Source: Phoronis australis (Eukaryota > Animalia > Phoronida). Taken from it: 64,000 nt of DNA. Below are positions 37,851 through 49,559 of the stretch, in pieces. The stretch's first letter is position 1. Each line of letters starts with the position of its first letter. The stretch lies in contig NMRA01000734.1 of NCBI GenBank assembly GCA_002633005.1, forward strand, positions 110,294 to 174,293. Direction: 5' to 3'. Under the pieces are notes generated by a model. That model saw only the letters and a list, made by a program, of their open reading frames with translations, was not told the DNA's origin and made no database searches. The position numbers were made by a program, and so were the translations under genes.

Positions 37851-38608
37851 GACATCTTGGATTGAGGGAAAACGCTCGGGAGGCGAACATAATTTGCCGC
37901 GTATCTTCTCAAATGTTGTTGATTTCATGAAAAGGTTAGTGTGAAGTGGCGCGCCTCATCCAAGACAGTGGGGAATTGTATATTACGGCACTTCATTTTA
38001 TTGTCTAGGTATTGCCGACAAAGTTTGAAATTTGCATGCTCTATCCGACTATTACTCTGAAATACTGCCTGTTCATTGACATTGTCATTGCATAATACAC
38101 TGGCACACCTGTCATTACTAACAGAAGTTAGGAGCATAAGAATTAATACAGTCAATGGAGCTAAACACGCAAGCATTAAAGGCGAAGGCAACCTTTTTCC
38201 ATGTCATTTTGAGCTAAAATAGGGTGGGTTGGTTATCCTAGACATATTTTCCACTTAATTACAGCTTTTCGTAATTTTATTAATTACTCTTCCGCTACTC
38301 CGGAAGTGACGTTTTAGGAGGCAAACGTTTCCCGCCACTTGGTTTTGCATTGACTTTACCGTGCGAATCTGTTCTATTCTACTTTTGTTTTGTGCTGTTT
38401 TTCAACAATTGTCGCCACCAGTCTCCATCGGCCAGTATTCTGCGGCAAGATAGGTTAGTACAGAACTCAACTACGTTGGATTTAGGGATTGTTTAGTGTG
38501 TTGTAAGCTGAAAATGGCTGAGTCGGTGACCCGTATCACAGTGACAATAATGAGTGACGGAGACCTTGTTCACAGCAGTGGTGACGAGGATTTTTTCACG
38601 GACATTCA

Positions 38609-38845
38609 GTGGGTGGGTACATGTTTGAGCCCGAGTATAACGAGGCAGAGTACGCACAGGCACAGGCAGCTTTTGAGAGAAACGAGGCGGCTACTGAGGA
38701 CAGACGTGGTGACACATCTTGGTGCAAATGCACTATGTGCGTTGTTACGCCTACCTCAATGGAATGCTTGTGCTGTTCAGAGTTCGACGAGGCCAAGCCA
38801 CTACTGGACATGGTTAAGTGGACCTCCGGCACAACACGGACATAG
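38609..38845 (+). pseudogene. Truncated accessory ORF (KolX / P2X7 cytoplasmic ballast-like Cys-rich domain)
   Basis: YMFEPEY...WCKCTMC...TSMECLCCSE matches the YxFEP...WCxCxxC...ExxCCxE pattern. Confidence 0.7.
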
Positions 38846-39590
38846 GAACAACTGTCCCACTTGCCAGAGTGTCCCGCGACACACTCCCACTGGATGGTGA
38901 CCTGAGCACCCAAACTGCTTACATCGTGTCCTGTGACTCCCTCGCCACACACCTGGCACCTTCTAAATAGAAAAGTCCACAATAAACTTATCAAAGTTTG
39001 GCTCACCGATCTGTTCACTGAACGACAAACTGTCCTCTTCACTGGGTGTCGAACTGGGCCTGTAATCACTCCCACTACTCAATATCGCTGCAGTGCTGCT
39101 TAGAAGCTCTGGGCTGGAGAAAACAGCACAGGGCGAATCACTACTGGTTCCAGGAGTTGCACGCTCTGGGGGTACGTTCGGAGGCACGGGTGGCAGTGAA
39201 TGAAGTGCCTCCACTGGCTCCAGTCACTGTACTGGCCACAGCTCGCGAGGCTTCTCGCTTCAAAAACGCACTTCTCGGGGGTGGCGACGGGGCACTGCCG
39301 GGAATCAACACAGACGGAATGGCATCCTTCTTCAGGCGTTGTTTCGCAGCTACCTTCATCAGTTCAGCGTACAAATCCCTTTCGTAACTGGAGGGCAGAA
39401 AGTGCTTGCCACACACACGGTAATTCTCCACTGCTTTGTACGTTGCGTGGACGGGTAACGCTGCGTTCTTCACACGAACGAGCCAAGTACGGCGAAGTGT
39501 GTCATCCATCGGAAAGCGATGCAAAGGTACTCCCAAAGCGCGTGTGAGCCGATAATTAGTACATTCCGGTACGCAGCAACAGTGTGGCAT
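38843..39590 (-). pseudogene. THAP-domain transposase N-terminus, frameshifted and truncated
   Basis: MPHCCCVPEC...LHRFP...W...VCGKHF...LKKDAIPS (THAP C2CH), then KFIV / LFRRCQVCG...WECVAGHSGKWDS in shifted frames; no DDE core present. Confidence 0.85.
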
Positions 39591-41768
39591 GTTGACTGAC
39601 TAGTAAATGAAAGCAAACGACGACGGAACTTAACACAACCGAGGTAGAACAATAACTGACTCGACAGCTCTCACAGTCAGACTATATTGGGGCGAAATGC
39701 TTGCCTCCTAAAACGTCACTTCCGGAGTAGCGGAAGAGTAATTAATAAAGTTACGAAAAGCTGTAATTAAGTGGAAAATATGTCTAGGATAACCAACCTA
39801 CCTTATTTTGCAGTTTGCAACAATCATCTATTAATTTCAGTCTAATTGCAAAACAATGTCTCAGAACCATTCTAAAACATTTCGAAACTACCGAGGTTCG
39901 CTGTAATCAAAGCATCCTGGAGTTAGACATCATTGTAAGCAAGCGGATTTAAAAACCTGGTTCGTTTAAATGACTAGTTGCAAAAACATCTCACATTTCA
40001 AAATTTGGAGCTCAGGGTACTACAACGATTTTAATTTGGATCACTTAACCCAAATTGACGGTTTCTTGTGCGTTAGATGGGTTGGATTGTTATCCAGGCA
40101 ATAGTCACTCACTGGCAATCCGCATTTTGATAATAAGTTTTAATGTCTGCAATTCAGTGAAAAACAGGTTCCTGTTATGCAGTTGAAAACACTGGGTCTG
40201 TGGGGGTTCCCTGTATGTGACTATTACCATTATGCTTTGCTCAGTGTTTTGAACAACATGCTAGTGTGTCATTCTTGTGGTTAGGATCTACATAATACAG
40301 CAGTGATTTTAGTCAACATTTCGATCTTTTCGAACAGTTTTCAAGTATACAAATTTGACTCTTATTGAGGGGGCCTCCTCGTGGCAAGAGTTGGGCAGTG
40401 TGAATTGTTTCAGAGCATTTGCACTGGCAAACACTCTCACGTTGACTCAAAATTAAAAACTGTGATGTCATTAATGTGTTAATTCCTAGAAATATTACAC
40501 TCATAGGCTACAAATCACACAACATGCCATGAAATTTGTCTAACAATTGGGAACTTTATTTTGCTAATGTATTGATTAGAAATATGGCTTAGTTCAGGGA
40601 TAGACTGAAGTACTAAGTCTGGGCATTATTAACATAGCGGTGGGGCGCACAACAGAGCTACCCCCTCTTCATTGCAGATCCTTCCCCTGATAGAAACTCA
40701 TTCCGGTTTTGTGCTTGCCTAGCATCCCTGTCCCTGTCCCCTGTTCATGCAGTGCCTCCAGGTTGCCTCTCATCACAATCACAATCATTGGTCGCCAACA
40801 ATTTCTGTTGAAAAATTCTGACTACACCAATGGTGCTGGGGGAATTGGTTATTAAAGACCCGACTGCCATTGAAGTTGCACATTCACTGCCTTGTGAAAG
40901 CATAGACCATTCTGAAAGTAACACCTGGGACCTGGGTTTGAACTTTTTACTCGAGATTATTTTTACAATTTTCTGATTCTACTTTTGTTTGAACCCGAGA
41001 TAAGTTTCTTTTATTCTATGTGCTTATTGATGACAATTAATGATCCCAGCATTAGAGCTAAGAGTTTGAGTCTGAGCTCGAGGCTTTGCTAGAAATCTTG
41101 AGTTTTTACTCAAATTTTAGCTCGAATCTAGGGGTCATTATGTACTATCTTGAACTTGCAAGGAAAGGGTCAGGAAGTGACAAAAACAATTTCGAATTCA
41201 ATTTGGATTGAAAGCATCACTCTAGAGGTGCATTCCCAAAACATGATCACACAATCCCTTTTCAGGGTTTTAAATCAATCCATCAAGACTGGGCTAGAAT
41301 TTGTTTAGCCCAAAAAGCATTCAAATACAATGTGGAGTATAAGAAAGCGTCTGTACTAAAATGAACCCATTTTAAGTTATCCACAATGTATACCATTTTT
41401 AAGCTGCTTTTAACCCAACGTTTTTAGAACTGTCATGTAACAATATAAGATTTTTCTCATATCAACAATGTTGTTTTTGGCCTAAATAGTAGCAAAAATC
41501 TAATCACAATTGATCGCAGATGGAGATTGGCATATCCAGCAGTTGGATTTGGATACTAGTGTCCGGTGTCGATCTTCACGTTTGTGCTCGTGATTTAAAC
41601 TCTTTATCTTGTGCTGTTCCTTACTGAGACTGCATTTGGTATATTGGCTTCGGTTGAACTGATAGTTTGTTATTGCTTAAGGCCTGGTGCAATAACCATG
41701 GCTTTGAGCAATAACAAAGTTTGAGTTCTTTCAAGTCCACTAAGGAACAAGTTGAGGCACGGATAGAA

Positions 41769-41977
41769 ACAGGGCTTGGAATTTTCCTCTTTTAAGAGGA
41801 TTTCCTCTTATTTGATTTCAAGCTTCTTTTTATCATTATTTTGACTTCATTCTTGCAAAGACATTTATTTTTATTAATTAAATTTTACAACCCGAAAAAT
41901 ATTTCTATCACACAAGCCTATTTGTGAAACGATAGATTATCTGAAAAATTTTCCTCTTTTAGTCATTCCAATTCCTG
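41769..41977. mobile_element. Small MITE
   Basis: cagggcttggaat / attccaattcctg ends; internal aattttcctctttt repeats. Confidence 0.5.
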
Positions 41978-43625
41978 TATATAGTAGTAAGTTGTTCTGA
42001 TCAAAATTTATTCTTTTTCACATACAACGCACTCGTAGCACATTAAGGAGTTTAATTCGAAGAAAATATGGAAGTGAGAAGACACCAGCTGTTAAGCGCA
42101 TTCTGAAATCAACAATTGTGCTTGTACTTTCCAAGATGTTCAACCCACATAGTTAGTTATACGGATAGGGTTCATTCCACCATCCTTGGGCTTTCAGAGT
42201 ACTCTCCTTAAACCAGTCCAAGGAGGTACTCCCACAGGTTTATACAGGATATGACACTCAGCTGGGTGATTTCTCTCAAACAATTTCTCTTCAAAATGGT
42301 GCTTGAAAAAATCCCTACCAAAGAAAACTTTTTCCCATGAATACAACGGGTTTCACTCTGGAAGTTAAAAACACTGCAAGTGGTACCTTTCTTACTGCAA
42401 AAGGGGTTTTAATACGATACCTGTATTTTTAAAACTTTGGGCACCAGACTCATTTTTGACTGCAGGAATCTCTGAGCCGACTTCTTCAAGCTTAATGAGT
42501 GAAAAAGACAGCTGTGCAAGAATTACTAAGAAAGGATTCAGTTGTTAGCATTAACCCTTATAAAAAGATTGTGCATTTGTAACATTAGGCTACAATTTCA
42601 TTGAACTCCAAACCTCGGACCACATACCTAATGTTTTTTTAACCAATGTCTAAGTGGGTGGAGATTCTTCTAGTAGCAGATTATGCATAAAACTAAAGCT
42701 TAGGGGCCAGTTGTGACACCTCTCGGGCATTTTCGTAGCTACAAAATTACCCTCGGAACATCTAGAGCACCTCGGCTATTTACACATTTTTCTTTGAAAC
42801 ACCGGTTATTTTCGTAGCCTCAAATATTCTCTCGGAGATTAACGTTATCCAAGATATGGGAAGTCACGTGATTTTCAGTCTTGAGAATAATATGCTAACT
42901 GAAGTCTTCATACGTGCACAGAGCGTTCACCTATTGGGTGAAATTTGAGGTTACTAAAACACCCGAGGTGTTCTGGATGCCCTTGGAAGCAATTGTTTTC
43001 AGTGCATGCTCGAACTTTGGTCATTCTGGCCAATTATTCTCCACTAAGTTTCAAAGTCAACGCACATTAAATTCACCAAGGTGATATGAATTGCTTAGGA
43101 CCCTCAAGTTGTGCGGGATCCCACCTCAAAGAGAGAAATGAGAAGAAAATATTATGGCAACGAGGGGGAGGGGTGTAGCTCGAGAATTGTGGCTACCTGG
43201 AGGGTTGAAAATTGTGGTGTTCTAGGGAGTGAATACTGTCTAGGCAACGATTGCACGAAGTGGTGGAAATTGGGCTCCAGCCGTGTCTACTGTAATACTG
43301 TACAGTGAGAGATTTAGGTGGGGGGGGGGGGANCCATGGCTCTGCCTAAAGTTCTCCCAGATTGCCAGATTCTATTTGGAAGTTTGGGGGAGCGAATGTC
43401 TGACGAGCAAAATACTCTGCCCCTGTCCCCTCCCCCAATTCAAAATCCTGGATCCGCTCCTGCTGTGAGAGACCTAAACAATTCATAAAAAGCTTTCAAA
43501 TAATGAAACTGAAAAATTCCAAGTGTCAAGCCATTGTCAATTCAAGTTTATTTACATAATAAGGAATCGATAATTACATGAATTTCAGCTCAGTTTGTTG
43601 ATAATATAACAATATAAACAGCTAC

Positions 43626-43822
43626 CTCACCGGAGAGTTCGACCGCAAACGCAACCCAAAAATAACTTTTTACTCTAGCGACACCTAGCGACCTCATAAC
43701 GTAATACCAGATATAAGCATGCGCACGTCAACTTCCTGGTTAAAAATTGCCAGCTGACAGCCAATAAAAACCATCGTTCTAGTGCCCTGTACCTGGGCCT
43801 TCACAAGCTATCCGTGACGTCA
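43626..43822 (-). promoter_or_regulatory. Putative promoter/first exon on minus strand
   Basis: Donor CCG|GTGAGG at 43631/43630, NRF1-like GCATGCGCA 43717-43725, ETS ACTTCCTG 43731-43738, CRE TGACGTCA ~43815. Confidence 0.45.
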
Positions 43823-44842
43823 GCTTGTGAGGCCCGGGAACCAGGTTAACTTTCGCAGCTAATCTCGTGAAATCTCGGGGCGGCAAGACAAGAATGCACG
43901 ATTCACGTGTGAGAGTTGGCACTACAGTTCTATGTGATAAAAAACACTGTCTTTAAATTTGTAATGGGACACGTGCGTCCTTTTTAGTGTGACATCTCAT
44001 CACTGTCCAGAATACTTCCCCCGACAAAACATATGCTTGTATCAATTTACGCCTGCACTGCTGATCAAGACACAATTCCAAAGTTGTGTCTATTTCAGCC
44101 GTTGCGTTAAGTCGGGGCCTAAACAGAGTACACGCAGGTTCTAGCTCTTGGCGGTCAGTCTGAAGCAACTAACAGTGGTGAATGACTTACTCATATCTAA
44201 AGTTTATCCCTCACATCTAAGGACCCCACCAACATCTAATGAATGATCGGCTCAACAAAAGGGCCATTGTCCGAAATGAAATTTCCTCAGGCAATAGTTC
44301 GTTCGGCCGAGGACCGATATTTCGAAATGTGGCAACTTTTGGGCTCACTATTCATTTACCATGTTCACACCCGTGCAAACGTTTTTTTAAACGCTTGCAA
44401 AAGTGTGAACATCGTGAAATTGGCAGCCTGTTAAACATCAAAACGCCTGACTTGTGACGAATGGACATTCATCTTGGGATTGATGTGGAAAGCATTTCTC
44501 CTATAACATAAGTTATTTTTAAAGTTTAAAAAATTCTGATGTGCATGCCTATCTATAAAGAAATTTGATCACATTGGTACAACTTATCCAGATGCGGACA
44601 ATTGGTCCTCCGGACCAGTACCTCTGCAGACTAATTGACCCGTCAGACAATCGACCCGGAGAGCGATTCCCAGAATCAAACTTTAAGCTACATGTAAGGT
44701 ATTTCGGATTAATAGCTATTCGGACTAAAGATTTCGGATTACCGGCCCTTCGGACTAACGAACATTACCTGAAAAAATAACAAAGAAAACGATGAAAGAA
44801 TCAAGTGCATACTTTTTAGTTCAAGGGATGTTTTTCGAACTA

Positions 44843-44958
44843 CCGGCACTTCAGACGAATGGCCCTTCGGATCAACAGCCCTTCAGATCAACGGCCCTTC
44901 GGATCAACGGCCTTTCGGATCAATGGCCCTTCGGATTAACGGCCCTTCGGACTATCGA
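44843..44958. repeat. 16-bp minisatellite cggcccttcggatcaa
   Basis: About 6-7 units; related units at ~44700-44760 and ~47715-47746. Confidence 0.85.
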
Positions 44959-45265
44959 CCTAAGCCACTAATAGAGTAGCCAGTATCAGGATTACACCAT
45001 TTTTAAAGCCAACATATTTGACCAAGGCGTGATGACAAGATTCAATTTTTCACGATATGCCAATGAATATGTCGCGAAAATGATCAGCAGACGAACATCC
45101 GTTACTTCGGAACAGACAGGAAGGACAGTGATTTTGGTTGTCGTCACTTGAGTATAAGTACTTATTTTCGCAAGGCAATGCATCGCCCACGTGACTAAAG
45201 CTAGGCTGATAAACCAACCAAATTTCGCTTTGTTTTGGTAACACGTTCAATGCCTATAGTACTCC

Positions 45266-45580
45266 AGTGGCGGATCTGGGATATCATCAGGGGGCAGGGG
45301 GCAACATGTTGTCTCGGGGAATAGAGCAAAGTGAGATTGTATGTGCACAGGCGGCCCGAAAGTTGCTGGGGCCGGGGATGTGGGGGCCAGGGATGTAGTC
45401 CTTCTGTTCAGAAAATCTATTGGTGGACCAAAAAAAACACGATTCCTCCGCGATCTGGGGCCTGAGCTCCCTCCTCATCCTCTACCAGTCCTAGTTACTG
45501 AACTTGCGCTTCACGCTGTTGCTTTTTCATTTTGCTTGCTGCAGCCAAAGGGGGGAGTGCCCCCCTAAATCCGCCTATGC
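45266..45580. mobile_element. Short CA..GGCGGAT-ended MITE inserted at the end of the PLDLS exon
   Basis: Ends cagtggcggatct / aaatccgcctatg; flanks tactc / cactc. Related fragments at ~26000, ~43300-43465 and ~55000-55092. Confidence 0.65.
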
Positions 45581-46044
45581 ACTCCGGTGAGAAGATTTCT
45601 GAGTATAGAAAATTGTGCCGCATCTTGATCAGACTGGGGTGCGGTTGAGGAAACTTCCCTTGTCGTATCGCTTTTCAGGGATAGATCCAATGGTTCCTCG
45701 CAGCATTCTCGACACCGATTTGTACATAGATTGTCCTTTGGATACGACAGAACGACTCCGCGACCTTTGTTTGATCTATATGATGCGCTAAGTTTGTTCC
45801 GATTACAAACACATACCGAACCACGAACACCGATTAGCTTTTCCTTCAAACAACTTTTTGAAAACTGAGTTTCCCGATTTTTATTTAGTTGTCGATAGCT
45901 CTCTTTGAAACGGGGGTAACCATAGTGTTTCTCCAGTCTTGTAGAAGTACTTGCACTTGCTTCTCTTTCAGAGTCTTTTTGCATCAATCGTTGAGTTAGA
46001 AACATCATCGGGATTTTCTCAAACTCATTTGAAGAACAACGGAT
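45565..46044 (-). CDS. Putative exon encoding a low-complexity peptide with PLDLS and LxxLL motifs (copy 1)
   Basis: Acceptor gttgattgtcttctag|ATC at 46044, open frame to 45565; CCEEPLDLSLKSD...FSILRNLL. Paralogous to 48009-48539. Confidence 0.5.
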   Translation of the reverse strand: MRCSSNEFEKIPMMFLTQRLMQKDSEREASASTSTRLEKHYGYPRFKESYRQLNKNRETQFSKSCLKEKLIGVRGSVCVCNRNKLSASYRSNKGRGVVLSYPKDNLCTNRCRECCEEPLDLSLKSDTTREVSSTAPQSDQDAAQFSILRNLLTGVHRRI

Positions 46045-48008
46045 CTAGAAGACAATCAACATGACAAAAATATAAGTATTTTCCAGCTAAAATGCTAATT
46101 GATTTAAAGGGTAGGATCAGGTGCGATGTGATCTCACGAACAGCGACTGCCAACTTTAGCCCCGGCTGCCGCCAAATTCATCCCACGGTGGCTACCCCTT
46201 CATGCTCCTACATCACCACCTTCATTCCCAAAGTTTCGTCGTCATTGGGGGTTTATAAGCTAAATTCTTGGTAGATCCACAACTTGTACACTGGAAAGCG
46301 ATTCAAGGGATAACTTTTTCGTTAGTAGTCGCATAAGGGGGCTGGTGGGCGGGGAGTTCTGACAGCTATGACCATGGATTGACGGTTCTTAGCACTTTGG
46401 TGATGAACGAATGGCAAAGGACTGTACTCTTTCANCATTGGTTAAGATAGTAAAACCGACGTCATAACATTCAGTAATTCCCACTGGTTGGAATCTGGGA
46501 AACCCCTGTCAGTTTTCTGTTACAGTAGTATGGTGACCACCTTTGACTTGAATAGGTGCAATTTATTAAAACGGGAAGTGGCCGAAGTAAACGAAATCAA
46601 GAGAACCCTGATCCCGTGGCTTAAGCCTAAACTTACAAGTAGGCCTACAGTACATATATGCGTGTGCACGTGGTATCGATGTGATCTGTATATTTTCGAC
46701 ACAGGCATGCGCATTGATGCCCATGCACGAAATTCCGTGTGTTGTTCATCATGTTTTCACAGAAAACAGCTTATTATTTAAAATTATTTAAAAATCGTGA
46801 ATAGCTCAAAGATTGTTTTTGGTTGAAATCTGACGCAAGATAGAGTTCAGACGGCCATTTCCATTTTTTAGGTCTGCCTAACCATAGCTTCATTTTTTTG
46901 GGTCGTATTTTCCTGATTTTTGTGGATCACCCAAGGGCTATGGGAAATAGGACAATTTGTTTTTATCTAGGACCTACTGTTTTTGAGTTATTCGAAATTT
47001 TCCGGTGACTGCTCGATTATCTCCGGCCTCGCTTCACGGACCTTTCTGAATGTGGGAATATGATCAAATATCGCCTAGTGCTATATCTGCAGTGTGTCAT
47101 CTGTTTCCCAGTACGACTTACTGTTCTCGAGATATTCGCTTCGCGATTTACAGGTCAGTTGGTCTATAAATAGATTGCGCCAAGAGCTTTATGCAGTGCG
47201 TTATTGGTTTCTGGTTACGACTGACCGTTCTCGAACTATTCGAGATTTTTCTTATTGATAACTGTGTTTATTAACTAATTTTGTTTCCAATTACTGTACT
47301 TCGGTAAAATATGTGTCGGGGCCACGGTTGCTGGTGTTTTTCGTTTCGTCGTCTATCTAACCTCTAAATTTTCATCCGATTTCCCCAATTGTCGCTCTTC
47401 AGAGCGCTTTCATTTGCTTGGCGGCGGATTGAAGCTTTAAATTTTTGACATCAAAACGCCCGACTAGTAACGAATAGACATGAAATTTTTGGGTCGAAAC
47501 TCGAAATGCACTTTTTTAGTAATGGTATATCGTAAAAATATTCAAAATTTTGAGGCATTTATGTTTTATTGATGACATTTAATCACCTCGTCTCTGTCAA
47601 GATCAATTTTCGTACGGATCAATGCCCAGTCGGACTATCGACCAAGATCGTTTCTCGAAATTAAAAAATAAACCAAGATACTGCGGTCTACTCGGTCATT
47701 AGGACTTAAGACCTCCTTCGGACTATCGGCCCTTAGGACTAACGGACATTAGCTGATAAAATAACAATGAGAACAATAGATCGAGAGTATGATGATTTGA
47801 TTTAGGAAAATCAACCGACTCGGACCAAAGGCTCTTTGAACTATCGCCACATAGAACTCTAATTTAGTGATTGAGAACTGGGAGCTACGTTTTTGCATAT
47901 TTAAAGCCAAAAGTGTTGGACAAGGTGTGAAGGCGTTGCACGTGATGTAGAAATACACACGTCAGGAAAAAGACTTCAATAAATTAACAATTTCTAGAAG
48001 CCCATCTG

Positions 48009-48539
48009 TTACTCAAGAAGTACCGTGCTTTTAGTTAACATTACTTTGGGATTGTTACTTACTTTTGCGCGAAACTTGTTTAACATTTGTTCCTTGGTGC
48101 AAACGTGGTCTTTGATTGGTGCTCCGACGAGAAGACCTCTGAGTACAGAAAATTCTGCCACGTTTTGATCATGTGGGGTCGATGTAGGCGTAACAATGAC
48201 ACCAGGACATTCATACTGTGGTACAGTTTCGCTGGTTGAAGAAATTTCACTCTTCCTATCAGCATTCAGGGATAGGTCCAAGGGTTTCTTGAAGCATTCT
48301 TGACCCGGATTTGAAATTGCAACATCCATTGCATACGATTGCGTAACTTAATGATATTTTTCTTGACGACCAAATAACTTTCCCTTTATACAACGTTTTA
48401 GTAAACGAGTTTCCTGATGTCCTTTTAATATTGGCGGTAGCTCCGTTGCGAACTGATGTAGCCACGGGGTCTCTTGCAGTCTGTTAAAGGAACTGAACGG
48501 AGTCTGAAAGCACCAACCCCATCGTTTTCTTCCGTAGAC
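48009..48539 (-). pseudogene. Paralogous PLDLS/LxxLL exon (copy 2) with one in-frame stop
   Basis: Acceptor gttgattattgcgttctag|GTC at 48539, TAA at 48350-48348, then ECFKKPLDLSLNAD...FSVLRGLL; the ATG at 48329 could restart the frame. Confidence 0.5.
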
Positions 48540-49049
48540 CTAGAACGCAATAATCAACATGTAAAAGAGCCGAGCACTCGAAAGCTAAAATGTAAATTGT
48601 AAACAAGTTTACTTAGCCACTGAGTATACGTTGGCGTAGGTTTTGCGTGGTGGTCAGGGGGGGGGGGGGTGAAGAAGGCGAGCTATTCCCAATCATAAAA
48701 TTTGGGGATCAGTGCACTCACACTAAATCGGCACTGACGTAGAAGCGGGGAGCGATTGAGAGGGTACGTGCCCAATTGCCAATGTTTTACAGGTATAAGG
48801 GTGGAACCGTGGTGGCGACCGGCATACGTAGAGCGGGCCGGTGTAGGGTCAGGTGGGAAACTGAGGAGACACAGCGAAATATGCAAAAAAGAGAACAATT
48901 GTGAAATTATTTGCAAACCGCCAGTGTTGGATTTACCATTCTGAGACATGTGTCAGGGCATTTTTGTAAGTCCACCTCTGGTTCGTCTACCCCCACTTAA
49001 AAATGTACTGTAATATTGGATCTCCATGATAGCAAGTAACAGCATATGT

Positions 49050-49545
49050 TCACGAAAAAACAACGGATTTAAAACTTGACATGTTTCGGTGTCATTTATT
49101 AAACACCATCCTCAGAAGTCATAATACAGTGGCCACCTAGCTAGGCCCAGCAACAAGTAATGAAGCACAGATACAGTCAGTTACAGGGAGTGACAATGAA
49201 CTATACCAACAATGACAACCTGTGGTGTGTCAGTTGCCTATTGAGATTGGGCTTGCACCAACTGATATGTAAAGCCTCACGAATTTTAAGCTCCTTTGTT
49301 GTTACTGCCTGGTCTATTATTGCAAAGTCATTGAAAGAGCACTGCTGATAACAATGATTGGAGCTCTGCAGGTGAATATTTACATGTGAATTACTGTCAG
49401 AATTTAGATGTTCCTTGGTCCTGGTTTTCAAATGGCGAACAGTTTCGCGTATATAACTGGAGCCACATCCAGCACAGATAAATTTGTATACAACCTTGGA
49501 CCGTAGACCCATAGAAATGTTGTCCTTAGGGTTAAATAAGTAATA
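49050..49545 (-). mobile_element. 5'-truncated Penelope-like element (Poseidon-like GIY-YIG end)
   Basis: KD...SKVVYKFICAGCGSSYIRETVRHLKTRTKEH...LKIREALHISWCKPNLNRQ; ORF 49201-49554. Confidence 0.9.
49074..49120 (-). ncRNA. Minimal type I hammerhead ribozyme
   Basis: Minus strand: ACTT-CTGAGGA-T-GGTGT(ttaataaatg)ACACC-GAAAC-AT-GTC-AAGT; intact core, stems I/II/III and GUC site. Confidence 0.85.
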
Positions 49546-49559
49546 TTGGATCATTTTTG

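Larger units (their letters stand above)
38180..39809. mobile_element. Internally deleted Kolobok-like DNA transposon
   Basis: Left end TTAA|AGGCGAAGG; ~120-bp near-perfect inverted repeats 38216-38337 / 39688-39809 (outer ~35 bp of the right end missing); convergent THAP and Cys-rich ORFs. Confidence 0.8.

Noticed and set aside
37648-37928. Arg/Glu-rich ORFs
   Set aside because: Translation of a satellite-like repeat.
41680-41705. miR-92 family (TATTGCAC on minus strand)
   Set aside because: Seed lies in the hairpin loop and the remaining sequence does not match miR-92.
39800-43600. Telomerase RNA candidate
   Set aside because: No CTAACCCTAA-type template seen on manual reading.
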